DNA from: Owenweeksia hongkongensis DSM 17368
GTDB lineage: Bacteria > Bacteroidota > Bacteroidia > Flavobacteriales > Schleiferiaceae
DNA: 64,000 nt
Direction of reading: 5' to 3'
Assembly (NCBI GenBank): GCA_945865885.1
Contig: CAMBEZ010000004.1
Coordinates: forward strand, 22,337 to 86,336
The notes under the pieces: generated by a model
What the model saw: only the letters and a program-made list of their open reading frames with translations
Database searches by the model: none
Told to the model about the DNA's origin: nothing
Translations under genes and position numbers: made by a program
Shown here: one piece after another, positions 9,677 through 19,348 of the stretch
Layout of the letters: the number at the start of each line of letters is the position of its first letter
Numbering within the stretch: the first letter of the stretch is position 1

Positions 9677-12172
9677 ATGCGGTTCTTTACAAAAATAGCG
9701 CTTTTGCTTGGATTATGGGCAGCGACTGCCCCGATTTGGGGCCAGTCCATTGGGGCGTCCCTCAGCGGACCGGTGCAGTGGGGAACCGAAGCCGATCGCG
9801 GCCGCACGGAAGTGAATCCCAAAGACCGTACCGTTTTACTGACCCATCGTGCCTGGGTGCAGTATTCGGGTTTGGATTTGCGGGCCGGCGAGATCTTCAT
9901 TGACTTCAACAACAGTCTGTTGACGGCGTACGGTGTTCGGGATTCGTCGGGTAAAATGGGGCAATACCCCGTGTTCAAGGAAGGCGAACGCACCCTGTAC
10001 GCAGACACCATTCGCTACCATTTGGGTACGGGAAAGGGGTGGATCAAAAGCGCCAACACGCAGGAAGGCGGAGGGTATTTACAGGGCGGCCAAGCCAAAA
10101 TGATTTCCGACAGCAGTTATTTTCTGGCGAACAACACGTTCAGCACGTGCAACCACGAAACGCCACACTTTGCCATTGTGACCCAACGCGCCAAGTTGGA
10201 CGTGGGCAAACGCATCGTCACCGGGCCGGCGTATTTGCAAATTGCGGGCATTCCTACGCCGTTGGCGTTGCCGTTTGCCTTCTTTCCGATGGCAGAAAAA
10301 CGGGCTTCCGGCTTCCTGTTGCCCAATTTTTCCGACCGACGCGAGTGGGGTTTGGGCCTCACGGGGCTGGGCTACTACTTTGTGCTGAACGATTACCAGG
10401 ACCTCCGTTTGACCGCGGATTTTTACAGCCAAGGTTCCTGGGCGGTGCAGGCGGCCTCCGGCTACCGCGTTCGGTACAAATTCAACGGAAATTTCACGTT
10501 CAACGTCAACCGAATTCGCTTTGGCGATCCGCGTTTTGCCGGAACCGGAGCCTACCAAAACTCCACGGATTTCCGCATCGGATGGACGCACAACCAAGAC
10601 CCCAAAGCCCGCCCGGGCTTCCGGTTTTCTGCCAAAGTAGACCTGGCCAGCGGTGCGTTTTTCAAGAACGCCACCACAGACCCCAATCAATTCCTGAAAA
10701 ACGATTTGTCGTCCTCCATCTCCGCCACCAAAACCTGGAGCGGTACCCCGTTTACCTTGAGCGCGGCACTGCGCCATCGGCAAAACAACCAGAAAGGAAC
10801 CATGACCTTGAACGCGCCGGAGGTCAATTTTGCCATGATGCGCATTCAGCCGTTCCGACGGGTGGACGGACGGGGATCGGCGTGGTTGCGGGATTTTGGT
10901 ATTCAGTACGGCCTCAATGCGCGGAACGAATGGAACGGCTTGATTTCGGAAATCCAAGATCCAACGGCACTTTTGGCCCGGGACCGAATCAAGGCGGGAG
11001 CCTCGCACGCCGTTTCGTTCTCCACCAATGCCAAGCTGTTTAAATTCATCACCTTAAGCCCGTCTGCCAGCTACAACGAACGGTGGTATCCGTACCGCTT
11101 GTCTTATTCCTACGATTCTCTGCAGCAAAGAGTTCAAACGGACACCGCACGTGGTTTTTTTGCCGTTCGGGATTATGGGGCGCAGGCCACGTTGTCCACT
11201 ACGGTCTACGGACTGTACAAAATGAAATGGGGTCCTTTATCGGCGGTGCGGCACGTGGTGTACCCCACCGTTTCCGCGCGGATGGCCCCGGAATTTACCC
11301 GCCCGGAATGGGGGGCTTTTCAACAAGTTCAAACGGATTCATCGGGCACAACCTCTTTCAAGAGCCGTTTTAGCGGAGGCGATTTTCTGTACGGGGCGCC
11401 CAGCATAGGCGGCGGGAGCGGCGTTCAGTTCCGGGTGCGCAACGTCCTGGAGGCCAAAGGGAGAAAGCGCGATACCCTGGAACCCAAAAAGTTTGCCCTT
11501 TTGGAAGATGCTACCGTAGACTTGGGCTACAATCCGGCCGCTGGCCCATTTGCCTGGACGATGATGGGCGCGCGGGCGTCTACGTCCCTCTTCAAAGGCG
11601 GATTGCGCCTGGTGTACCAGGGTCAATTTGACCCCTACGGTTCGGATTCCACCGGGAAACGCCTGTTGGCTTCCGCCTGGAGCACCAACGGCCTGTTGTT
11701 GCGGCCCCAGGTGCAGCAGTTCAGTGCAGATTTCCGCTTGTCCGGCGGTTCCGTCAACGGCCGGCCGCAAGTTTTGGTAGGGGAGAACGGCCTGGAACAA
11801 GACCTCTACGCCAATCCGTTTGGTGACTTGCTCCTGCAACCTATTTCAGCCACGTGGAGCCTTTCCGGCGGCTATTCCTTGCGGTACGATCCCGCCACAC
11901 CGCTTGCCCCGTTCAAACAGTCCATCCGCCTGGACGCCAGCATTGAGCCCACGGCCAACTGGCGATTGGGGGTTTCCTCCGGTTACGACCTCATGGCGCG
12001 TTCCATTACGTTTACCACCGTGGACGTGTACCGCTTGATCCACTGCTGGGAAATGCGCATTCGGTGGGTGCCCATGGGCTACGCACGATCCTATTCCATA
12101 GGGCTGGGCGTCCGGGCACCGCTGCTCAAAGACTTGAAACTGGAGCGCCGACGCGGCCGCGGGGATTTTTAA
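9677..12172 (+). CDS. LptD-like outer-membrane LPS-assembly protein (Bacteroidota type)
   Basis: Signal peptide. 831 aa rich in beta-strand, aromatic and Gly residues. Divergent from the amidase gene, as I recall from other Bacteroidota. The family call comes from synteny and composition only. Confidence 0.6.
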   Translation: MRFFTKIALLLGLWAATAPIWGQSIGASLSGPVQWGTEADRGRTEVNPKDRTVLLTHRAWVQYSGLDLRAGEIFIDFNNSLLTAYGVRDSSGKMGQYPVFKEGERTLYADTIRYHLGTGKGWIKSANTQEGGGYLQGGQAKMISDSSYFLANNTFSTCNHETPHFAIVTQRAKLDVGKRIVTGPAYLQIAGIPTPLALPFAFFPMAEKRASGFLLPNFSDRREWGLGLTGLGYYFVLNDYQDLRLTADFYSQGSWAVQAASGYRVRYKFNGNFTFNVNRIRFGDPRFAGTGAYQNSTDFRIGWTHNQDPKARPGFRFSAKVDLASGAFFKNATTDPNQFLKNDLSSSISATKTWSGTPFTLSAALRHRQNNQKGTMTLNAPEVNFAMMRIQPFRRVDGRGSAWLRDFGIQYGLNARNEWNGLISEIQDPTALLARDRIKAGASHAVSFSTNAKLFKFITLSPSASYNERWYPYRLSYSYDSLQQRVQTDTARGFFAVRDYGAQATLSTTVYGLYKMKWGPLSAVRHVVYPTVSARMAPEFTRPEWGAFQQVQTDSSGTTSFKSRFSGGDFLYGAPSIGGGSGVQFRVRNVLEAKGRKRDTLEPKKFALLEDATVDLGYNPAAGPFAWTMMGARASTSLFKGGLRLVYQGQFDPYGSDSTGKRLLASAWSTNGLLLRPQVQQFSADFRLSGGSVNGRPQVLVGENGLEQDLYANPFGDLLLQPISATWSLSGGYSLRYDPATPLAPFKQSIRLDASIEPTANWRLGVSSGYDLMARSITFTTVDVYRLIHCWEMRIRWVPMGYARSYSIGLGVRAPLLKDLKLERRRGRGDF

Positions 12173-12744
12173 CCCAGACTTTGGGCGCGGGCCCAATCCT
12201 GCAGCCAATCGCGTCCCCAAGGCGTGAGAATACTTTCCGGGTGGAACTGCACCGCAACCCCTTTCCCGTCCCGACGGTGCATCGCCAGGGGCACTCCGGA
12301 GGCGTCCCAAGCCGACAGCTGCCAAGGACCATCTTCCGGCAAGGTTTCCACCGCCCAACTGTGGTAAAGCCCTACCGGGGCCTGCAAAGCGTGCGGGGGC
12401 AACGGTGCATTGGGGAGCATACGAGCAATGGCTCCGGGTATGCCGTGACGCGGGGTCTCCAACCGACGCAGCGTTCCTCCATTTGCCACCGCCAAGGCCT
12501 GCATGCCCAAACAAATGCCCAAGACCGGGATGCGCCCGTCTGCCCAACGAATGGCCTCCAGCAATACCCCAGAGGTTTCCGGTAAACCGGGTCCTGGCGA
12601 GAGCACCAGCGCACGGGCTTGCAACACACATGCTAGGGCCGTGGGGTCGTCGTTCCGCACCACGCGCCAATCCGGATTCACCGCCCGCAGGGCGTCCGCC
12701 AAATTGTACGTAAACGAGTCGTAGTTGTCCAACACCAGGAGCAT
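12169..12744 (-). CDS. Anthranilate/aminodeoxychorismate synthase component II (class I glutamine amidotransferase, PabA/TrpG)
   Basis: MLLVLDNYDSFTYNL, GICLGMQA, FHPES. Confidence 0.85.
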   Translation of the reverse strand: MLLVLDNYDSFTYNLADALRAVNPDWRVVRNDDPTALACVLQARALVLSPGPGLPETSGVLLEAIRWADGRIPVLGICLGMQALAVANGGTLRRLETPRHGIPGAIARMLPNAPLPPHALQAPVGLYHSWAVETLPEDGPWQLSAWDASGVPLAMHRRDGKGVAVQFHPESILTPWGRDWLQDWARAQSLG

Positions 12745-12782
12745 GCTGCGAAGGTACTCCGCGGTGAAGTACCTTCGTATTC

Positions 12783-13172
12783 ATGAAAAAAGTGCACCAC
12801 ACGGATCAAGCGCCGGCGGCCATCGGTCCTTATTCTCAAGCCGTTCAATGGGGACAAACGCTTTATGTTTCCGGGCAAATTGCTTTGATTCCGGAGACTG
12901 GCGAAATGGACAACGCCAACTTGGAAGCCGAAGTGCGACGCGTTTTGACCAACCTACAAGCGGTAGTGGCCGCTGCCGGAGCCTCCCCAAAAGACGTGCT
13001 CAAATGCACGATTTTCTTGCTGGATATGGCGGACTTTGCGACCGTCAACAGCCTGTACGGCGCCGTTTTTTCCGAAGAACCTCCGGCACGGGAAACCGTG
13101 GCCGTAGCAGGTCTCCCGCGCGGAGCGCGCGTGGAAATTTCCGCCGTAGTTTCCGTACCTTTGACCGCGTAA
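12783..13172 (+). CDS. ridA: RidA family reactive-intermediate deaminase
   Basis: APAAIGPYSQAV...LYVSGQI...KCTIFL...PARETVAVAGLPRGARVEI. Confidence 0.9.
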   Translation: MKKVHHTDQAPAAIGPYSQAVQWGQTLYVSGQIALIPETGEMDNANLEAEVRRVLTNLQAVVAAAGASPKDVLKCTIFLLDMADFATVNSLYGAVFSEEPPARETVAVAGLPRGARVEISAVVSVPLTA

Positions 13173-13216
13173 AACACCGACCCGTTCGGTTCTGATTCAC
13201 CCCTTATCATCTACCC

Positions 13217-14605
13217 ATGGAATTTGATCTCATCGTTCTTGGTACGGGCCCCGGGGGCTACGTAGCCGCCATTCGCGCCAGCCAATTGGGCTTGAAAACA
13301 GCCGTTGTGGAAAAAGAAAGCTTGGGCGGAGTTTGCCTCAATTGGGGGTGCATTCCCACCAAGGCCTTGATCAAAAGTGCCCAAGTATTTGAATACATTC
13401 AGCACGCCAGCGACTACGGCATCAACGTCAAGGAGGCGTCGCACGATTTTGGAAAAGTCATCCAGCGCAGCCGCGACGTAGCGGGTGGAATGAGCAAAGG
13501 GGTTCAATTCCTCATGGGCAAAAACAAGATCACCGTCCTGAACGGATACGGAAAAGTTGCGCCCGGCAAGAAAGTTGTGGTGAAAGGCGACGACGGCAAG
13601 GAAACCACCTACAGCGCCAAGAACATCATCATCGCCACCGGCGGCCGTTCGCGCGAGTTGCCGGCCCTGAAGCAGGACGGTGTTAAAATCATTGGCTACC
13701 GCGAAGCCATGACCCTTCCCCAGCAGCCCAAGTCCATGGTCATTGTGGGTTCCGGCGCGATCGGTGTGGAATTTGCGTACGTGTACAACGCCATGGGCAC
13801 CAAAGTAACCGTGGTGGAGTACCTGCCGCGCATTGTGCCCAACGAAGACGAAGACATTTCGCAGCAACTGGAGCGCTCCTTCAAAAAGAACGGCATTGGC
13901 ATTGAAACCGGCGCGGAGGTGACCCACGTGGACACCAAGGGTGCAGGTTGCGTGGTTACCTACAAAAACGCCAAAGGCGAGCACAAATTGGAGTGCGACG
14001 TGGTCCTCTCCGCCGTGGGCGTTACCCCCAACATTGAAAACATTGGCCTGGAGGCCGTAGGCATCAAAACAGAGCGCGGTCTGATTGCGACCGACGATTT
14101 CTACGCTACGAACATCCCGGGCTACTTTGCCATTGGCGACGTGGTGAAAGGCCAAGCTTTGGCGCACGTAGCTTCTGCGGAAGGCATTACGTGCGTGGAG
14201 AAGATTGCCGGACACCATCCGGAGCCGCTGGACTACAACAACATTCCCGGTTGCACCTACTGTTCTCCGGAGATTGCCAGCGTGGGATACACCGAAAAGA
14301 AGGCCAAAGAGGCCGGTTTTGACATCAAGGTGGGCAAATTCCCATTCTCTGCCAGCGGCAAAGCCAGTGCAGCGGGAGCCAAAGACGGTTTTGTGAAGGT
14401 GATCTACGACGCCAATTACGGCGAGCTGTTGGGCGCCCACATGATTGGTGCCAACGTTACCGAGATGATCGCGGAAATCGTTACCGCCCGCAAATTAGAA
14501 ACCACCGGACACGAAATCCTCAAGGCCGTGCACCCGCACCCCACCATGAGCGAGGCCGTTATGGAGGCCACAGCCGCCGCGTACGGAGAGGTGATTCACC
14601 TGTAA
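13217..14605 (+). CDS. lpdA: Dihydrolipoyl dehydrogenase
   Basis: GTGPGGYVAA, redox-active GGVCLNWGCIPTK, a second GSGAIGVEF dinucleotide fold, and the C-terminal HPHPTMSE dimerisation motif. Confidence 0.9.
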   Translation: MEFDLIVLGTGPGGYVAAIRASQLGLKTAVVEKESLGGVCLNWGCIPTKALIKSAQVFEYIQHASDYGINVKEASHDFGKVIQRSRDVAGGMSKGVQFLMGKNKITVLNGYGKVAPGKKVVVKGDDGKETTYSAKNIIIATGGRSRELPALKQDGVKIIGYREAMTLPQQPKSMVIVGSGAIGVEFAYVYNAMGTKVTVVEYLPRIVPNEDEDISQQLERSFKKNGIGIETGAEVTHVDTKGAGCVVTYKNAKGEHKLECDVVLSAVGVTPNIENIGLEAVGIKTERGLIATDDFYATNIPGYFAIGDVVKGQALAHVASAEGITCVEKIAGHHPEPLDYNNIPGCTYCSPEIASVGYTEKKAKEAGFDIKVGKFPFSASGKASAAGAKDGFVKVIYDANYGELLGAHMIGANVTEMIAEIVTARKLETTGHEILKAVHPHPTMSEAVMEATAAAYGEVIHL

Positions 14606-14611
14606 GCAGGC

Positions 14612-15541
14612 GTGCGGCCGCTGCTGGAAGTTCAGGACCTGGTCCACGCCTACGGCGAGCGTTTTGTCCTGACCGCTGGGCACTGGACGTTGCACCCCGG
14701 CCAAGTGGTGGCGTTGGTGGGTCCTTCCGGTTCCGGCAAAAGCACTTTTTTAAAAATTTTAGGAGCGCACCTCACCCCGGAACAGGGGGAGGTGCGTTTT
14801 CGTTCCCGCCTCATCCCGCCGCAAGCAGACGCCCTTTTGCCCGGGCATCCGGGCATTGGGTTGGTGCGTCAAGACTTTGGCCAAATGCCGTTCCGGAAGG
14901 TTCGGGAGAACTTACTCCACTTTGTGCACACGGACTCCGACGCCCAAGAAGCCCGATGGACCGCGCAATGGCTTCGCTCCGTAGGCCTCACCGGCCTAGA
15001 AGACGTCCCCACGGGGCAGTTGTCTGGAGGGCAGGTGCAGCGTTTGGCCCTGGCGCAGACCTGGGCGAGTAAACCGCAGGTTTTGTTGCTGGACGAGCCC
15101 TTCAGCCACTTGGATCCGGACACCAAGCGCGGCTTATTGGACGATTTGCGAGCCTGGCAGGTCCACAGCAAACGAGCGGTGGTGGTGGTGGTGCACGACA
15201 TCCGCGACGCTTTGGAATGGGCGGACCGCATTGATGTGCTGATGGACGGGAGCATGGTGGCGTCGGACACGCCCCAGAATTTGTACCGCAACCCGCCGAC
15301 GCGGTCCGTGGCACGGCTGTTTGGCCGTTTGAACGAACTACCGGAGTTGGCGGCCCAAGAAATCCTGCGCGCCCCGTTGCCCGGCTGGAACTTTGGCGGC
15401 ACCCGATGTTTTTACCCGGAGCAACTCCGCCCGGCCTATTTTCGCGGACCCCAAGCGGTGGTGCGCAGCGATTTTCAAGGGGACCGCACCTGGACGGTGT
15501 GGGATACGCCGCACGGTCTGCTCTACGGCTTGGAGGAGTAA
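14612..15541 (+). CDS. ABC transporter ATP-binding protein (orphan, no permease gene adjacent)
   Basis: Walker A GPSGSGKST, signature LSGGQVQRL, Walker B LLLDEP. GTG start directly after the lpdA stop. Confidence 0.8.
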   Translation: MRPLLEVQDLVHAYGERFVLTAGHWTLHPGQVVALVGPSGSGKSTFLKILGAHLTPEQGEVRFRSRLIPPQADALLPGHPGIGLVRQDFGQMPFRKVRENLLHFVHTDSDAQEARWTAQWLRSVGLTGLEDVPTGQLSGGQVQRLALAQTWASKPQVLLLDEPFSHLDPDTKRGLLDDLRAWQVHSKRAVVVVVHDIRDALEWADRIDVLMDGSMVASDTPQNLYRNPPTRSVARLFGRLNELPELAAQEILRAPLPGWNFGGTRCFYPEQLRPAYFRGPQAVVRSDFQGDRTWTVWDTPHGLLYGLEE

Positions 15542-15563
15542 GAAATTTCGCCGGGGTACGGCA

Positions 15564-15593
15564 CAAAAAAAAGCCGCCCTTTTGGGCGGCTTT
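15564..15593. terminator. Bidirectional rho-independent terminator
   Basis: AAAAAAAAGCCGCCC-TTTT-GGGCGGCTTT lies between the convergent ABC ATPase gene and rplT. Confidence 0.75.
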
Positions 15594-15615
15594 CAGCGCT
15601 GCGAACGCGTTGGTA

Positions 15616-15960
15616 TTATTTTACCTTGTTGATGACGGCGGTAAATGCCTCCGGATGGTTCATCGCCAAATCGGCCAAAACCTTGCGGTTCAATTCGATG
15701 TTGGCGGCGTGCAGTTTGCCCATGAATACACTGTAGGACATACCGTGCAAGCGTGCGCCGGCATTGATGCGCTGAATCCACAAAGCGCGGAAGCTGCGTT
15801 TCTTTTGACGACGATCGCGGTAGGCATAAACAAGGGCTTTCTCGACGGCGTTTTTGGCAACCGTCCAAACATTTTTACGGCGGCCGAAGTAACCTTTGGC
15901 CATTTCCATAATGCGCTTCCGGCGGGCGCGGGAAGCTACGTGATTTACACTTCTAGGCAT
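15616..15960 (-). CDS. rplT: 50S ribosomal protein L20
   Basis: [30 protein letters not shown]... is the canonical L20 sequence. Confidence 0.97.
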   Translation of the reverse strand: MPRSVNHVASRARRKRIMEMAKGYFGRRKNVWTVAKNAVEKALVYAYRDRRQKKRSFRALWIQRINAGARLHGMSYSVFMGKLHAANIELNRKVLADLAMNHPEAFTAVINKVK

Positions 15961-16060
15961 TTCTATTCACTTTTTTGGCAACGCGGTTCACCAGGAACAC
16001 TTGGGTAGGCGTTTGCACAGGGTTAAAGGGTACCGAACAATTCGATTTTTCTTCCGGCGA

Positions 16061-16255
16061 TCAAATGCACAATTGCCTTTTCACACTCGGCATGTCCACG
16101 GGGCTCACCAACGTGGAGTGCGTCAGACGGCGCTTGCGGTCCGTAGCCTTCTTGGTCAAGATGTGGCTCTTGAAGGCATGCTTGCGCTTGATCTGGCCAG
16201 TTCCCGTCAGCTTGAATCGCTTCTTGGCGCTGGACTTGGTCTTCATTTTGGGCAT
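16061..16255 (-). CDS. rpmI: 50S ribosomal protein L35
   Basis: [31 protein letters not shown]. Confidence 0.95.
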   Translation of the reverse strand: MPKMKTKSSAKKRFKLTGTGQIKRKHAFKSHILTKKATDRKRRLTHSTLVSPVDMPSVKRQLCI

Positions 16256-16290
16256 GAGATAAGAATTAGGGTTCGCAGCTATTTGGGTAA

Positions 16291-16845
16291 TTATTTCGTC
16301 TTCTTGGGTTGGATGATCATGAACATTCGCTTGCCTTCCAAATGGGGGAGGGCTTCTACCTTTCCAAGGTGTTCCAGATCTTGGGCCAAACGCAACAACA
16401 AGATTTCACCTTGTTCTTTGTAAACGATGGACCGGCCGCGGAAAAATACGTAGGCCTTAATCTTGAAACCATCTTCCAGGAATTTGATGGCGTGTTTCTT
16501 TTTAAAATCGTAGTCGTGGTCGTCTGTTTGGGGACCAAAACGAATCTCCTTGATGACCACTTTTACCGCTTTGGCAGCGATTTCCTTCTGCTTTTTCTTC
16601 TGGTCGTACAAGAACTTCTTGTAGTCCACAATGCGGCAGACGGGCGGCTCGGCTTTTTCGGTAATCATGACCAAATCCAATTCCAAAGCTTCCGCCTTGG
16701 CCAGAGCATCGCGGGTTGAGTAAACCCCCACTTCAATGTTTTCCCCTACCAAACGGACCTCCGGAACGCGGATTAATTCGTTGATTTTGTGCAGCGCTTC
16801 CGGTTCGCGGCGCGGGGTGTAGTTTCTGGATCGATTGGGCCTCAG
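16291..16845 (-). CDS. infC: Translation initiation factor IF-3 (non-canonical start; 5' end approximate)
   Basis: [13 protein letters not shown]...[16 protein letters not shown]. The conserved N-terminus RPNR...[13 protein letters not shown] continues upstream of the first ATG/GTG/TTG. An in-frame TAA at 16858-16860 bounds it, and only CTG 16843-16845 is available as a start. Confidence 0.85.
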   Translation of the reverse strand: MRPNRSRNYTPRREPEALHKINELIRVPEVRLVGENIEVGVYSTRDALAKAEALELDLVMITEKAEPPVCRIVDYKKFLYDQKKKQKEIAAKAVKVVIKEIRFGPQTDDHDYDFKKKHAIKFLEDGFKIKAYVFFRGRSIVYKEQGEILLLRLAQDLEHLGKVEALPHLEGKRMFMIIQPKKTK

Positions 16846-16880
16846 GGGACGTTGGTATTAAAATGAAACAAAGGTTTTGA

Positions 16881-18815
16881 TCAAAAAGCTGCCAGTCGCT
16901 CTTCAACTTCGGACTTAATTAAGTTGCTGAAATCCAGCACACTCATGGTTCCCAAATCTCCTTGCCCGTGGCGTCTTACGGCCAAGCTGCCGGCTTCTTG
17001 TTCGGTCTCGCCAACCACCACCATGAACGGGATCTTTCGGACTTCAGCGTCGCGAATTTTCCGTCCGACCTTTTCATTGCGGTCATCAACGAGGGCGCGA
17101 ATATCGGCATTTTCTAGCTCTTGTGCAACTTGTTGTGCGTAAGCTTCGTACTTTTCAGAGACCGGAAGCACAACCACTTGTTCGGGCGTCAGCCAAAGGG
17201 GGAAATTTCCGCCGCAGTGCTCCAACAAAACGGCCACAAAACGTTCCATCGAGCCAAAAGGAGCGCGGTGAATCATGACCGGGCGGTGCATCTCGTTGTC
17301 TGACCCCTTGTATTCCAATTCAAAACGTTCCGGCAGGTTGTAGTCTACCTGGATGGTTCCCAGCTGCCACTGCCGACCCAAAGCATCGTTCACCATGAAG
17401 TCCAGCTTGGGGCCGTAAAAGGCCGCTTCGCCATATTCCACCACAAAGGGCAATCCTTTTTCTTCTGCGGCTTGTAAGATTGCGCGCTCTGCTTTTTCCC
17501 AGTTTTCTTCCGTGCCAATGTACTTGGAGCGGTCGGTTTGGTGGCGAAGGGAAACCTGAGCCTTGTAGTCCTTGAAATCCAGGGTTTTGAAGATGTACAA
17601 AACCAGGTCGATTACTTTTTGGAACTCCTCCAGCAATTGATCCGGCGTGCAAAACAGGTGGGCGTCGTCTTGGGTGAAGCCACGTACGCGGGTTAGCCCG
17701 TGCAATTCGCCCGATTGTTCGTAGCGGTAGACCGTGCCAAATTCCGCCAATCGCAGGGGCAGGTCCCGGTAGGAACGCGGTTGGGACTTGAAAATTTCGC
17801 AGTGGTGCGGGCAATTCATGGGCTTAAGCAAGTACTCTTCACCCTCCTCCGGCGTGCGGATGGATTGGAAGGAGTCCTTGCCGTACTTTTCGTAGTGGCC
17901 GGAACACACGTACAGTTCTTTGTGCCCAATGTGCGGGGTGATGACGGGCAGGTACCCGGCTTTCTTCTGCGCCCGCTTCAAGAATTGCTCCAGCCGCTCG
18001 CGCAGGGCCGCTCCTTTGGGGAGCCACAAAGGCAAGCCTTGGCCCACGCGCTGGGAGAAGGTAAAGAGCTCCAGTTCCTTGCCCAGTTTGCGGTGGTCCC
18101 GTTTCTTGGCTTCTTCCTGCAAATGCAGGTACTCCTCCAGCATAGACGCCTTGGGGAAGGAGATGCCGTACACCCGGGTGAGTTGTGGGTTGGTTTCCAC
18201 GCCGCGCCAGTACGCACCGGACATTTTGGTGACCTTGAAGGCCTTGATCAGTCCCGTGTTGGGGATGTGCCCCCCGCGGCACAAGTCCGTGAAGTCGCTG
18301 TGGTCGCAGAAGGTGATGGTACCGTCTTCCAGGTTCTCAATCAATTCCGTTTTGAACGGATTGTGGGCATATGTTTCCAAGGCTTGCTGCTTGGTGACGG
18401 ATCGCAGGTGAAAAGATGCCTTTTCGCGGGCGCGCTCCAGGAAACGCGTTTCCACTTGGGTCCAGTCCGCCTCGCCAAAGTGGACGCCGCGGAAGTCAAT
18501 GTCGTAGTAAAATCCGCGCTCAATGGCCGGGCCAATGGTCAGGTGGACGGCGGGGTAGAGGTCTGTAATCGCCTGGGCCATGACGTGGGCCGACGAGTGC
18601 CAGAAGGCGGCTTTGCCTTCAGGGTCCTCCCACGTAAAAAAGCGCAAAGAACCGTCGCCGGGCAACGGATCGTGCAATTCAACCGTGCGGTCGTTCCAAC
18701 GGGCAGACAACGCATTTTGGGACAATCCCCGGGAAATGCTCTCCGCTACTTGAAAAGCAGAAGTTCCGGGTTCGTACGTGCGCTGGGCACCGTCGGGAAG
18801 AGTAATTTGGATCAT
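16881..18815 (-). CDS. thrS: Threonine--tRNA ligase
   Basis: TGS, editing and class II catalytic domains; 644 aa ([38 protein letters not shown]). Confidence 0.97.
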   Translation of the reverse strand: MIQITLPDGAQRTYEPGTSAFQVAESISRGLSQNALSARWNDRTVELHDPLPGDGSLRFFTWEDPEGKAAFWHSSAHVMAQAITDLYPAVHLTIGPAIERGFYYDIDFRGVHFGEADWTQVETRFLERAREKASFHLRSVTKQQALETYAHNPFKTELIENLEDGTITFCDHSDFTDLCRGGHIPNTGLIKAFKVTKMSGAYWRGVETNPQLTRVYGISFPKASMLEEYLHLQEEAKKRDHRKLGKELELFTFSQRVGQGLPLWLPKGAALRERLEQFLKRAQKKAGYLPVITPHIGHKELYVCSGHYEKYGKDSFQSIRTPEEGEEYLLKPMNCPHHCEIFKSQPRSYRDLPLRLAEFGTVYRYEQSGELHGLTRVRGFTQDDAHLFCTPDQLLEEFQKVIDLVLYIFKTLDFKDYKAQVSLRHQTDRSKYIGTEENWEKAERAILQAAEEKGLPFVVEYGEAAFYGPKLDFMVNDALGRQWQLGTIQVDYNLPERFELEYKGSDNEMHRPVMIHRAPFGSMERFVAVLLEHCGGNFPLWLTPEQVVVLPVSEKYEAYAQQVAQELENADIRALVDDRNEKVGRKIRDAEVRKIPFMVVVGETEQEAGSLAVRRHGQGDLGTMSVLDFSNLIKSEVEERLAAF

Positions 18816-18883
18816 AAAAAAGGCTTCGGTACAAAGGAAGTTTGCGAAGGGGCAAAGGTACGGAATCGGTTATCTTTGCGGAC

Positions 18884-19321
18884 ATGGAGCATTCAGAAAA
18901 ACTGACCCTACTGAACGAACGGCGCGCAGGGACCCTCATGGAGACCTTGGGCATTCGCTACACCGGCCTGGATGAGGCAGGATTGCACGCGGAAATGCCG
19001 GTAGGCCCGCAGGTACATCAGCCCATGGGGCTCTTGCACGGGGGAGCCACGGCCGCCCTGGCGGAAACGCTGGGTTCCGCGTTTTCCTTTGTTTCCTTGC
19101 CGCATCCAGACCGCCAGGCCGTGGTGGGACAGACCCTGGTAGCGCACCACGTTCGCAGCGTGAAAGACGGAACGGTGCGGGGCACGGCTCGCTTTTTGCA
19201 CCAAGGCAAGCGTTCGCATGTGGTGGAAATCCGCATTGAGGATGAACACGGCCACCTGGTGTCCACCGCAACCCTGACCAATGCCATCTTGGAGCTTTCC
19301 GCATCGGACCCGACGAAGTAA
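18884..19321 (+). CDS. PaaI/hotdog-fold thioesterase, probable 1,4-dihydroxy-2-naphthoyl-CoA hydrolase
   Basis: The LHGGATAALAETLGS motif is typical of PaaI/YdiI hotdog thioesterases. It is the first gene of the men operon. ATG at 18884 (MEHSEK). Confidence 0.7.
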   Translation: MEHSEKLTLLNERRAGTLMETLGIRYTGLDEAGLHAEMPVGPQVHQPMGLLHGGATAALAETLGSAFSFVSLPHPDRQAVVGQTLVAHHVRSVKDGTVRGTARFLHQGKRSHVVEIRIEDEHGHLVSTATLTNAILELSASDPTK

Positions 19322-19348
19322 TCCGTAACGAGCAGCGCTACCATCCTC

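Noticed and set aside
13211-14440. 409-aa ORF antisense to lpdA. Similar long antisense ORFs occur at 17700-18905 (opposite thrS), 30266-31393, 31918-32865, 11846-12802, 10039-11043/10079-11008, 51153-52274, 5216-6100, 8831-9670 and 23288-23791.
   Set aside because: Each lies entirely opposite a gene with unmistakable conserved motifs. Their translations are low-complexity and rich in Arg/Gly/Ala/Pro/His/Val, which is typical of shadow ORFs in high-GC DNA. None shows a recognisable motif.
15961-16060. 100-nt rpmI-rplT spacer as an L20-binding regulatory structure.
   Set aside because: Reading the minus-strand RNA, I found only trivial hairpins (CGAA-TTG-TTCG) and no convincing pseudoknot or L20-site mimic.
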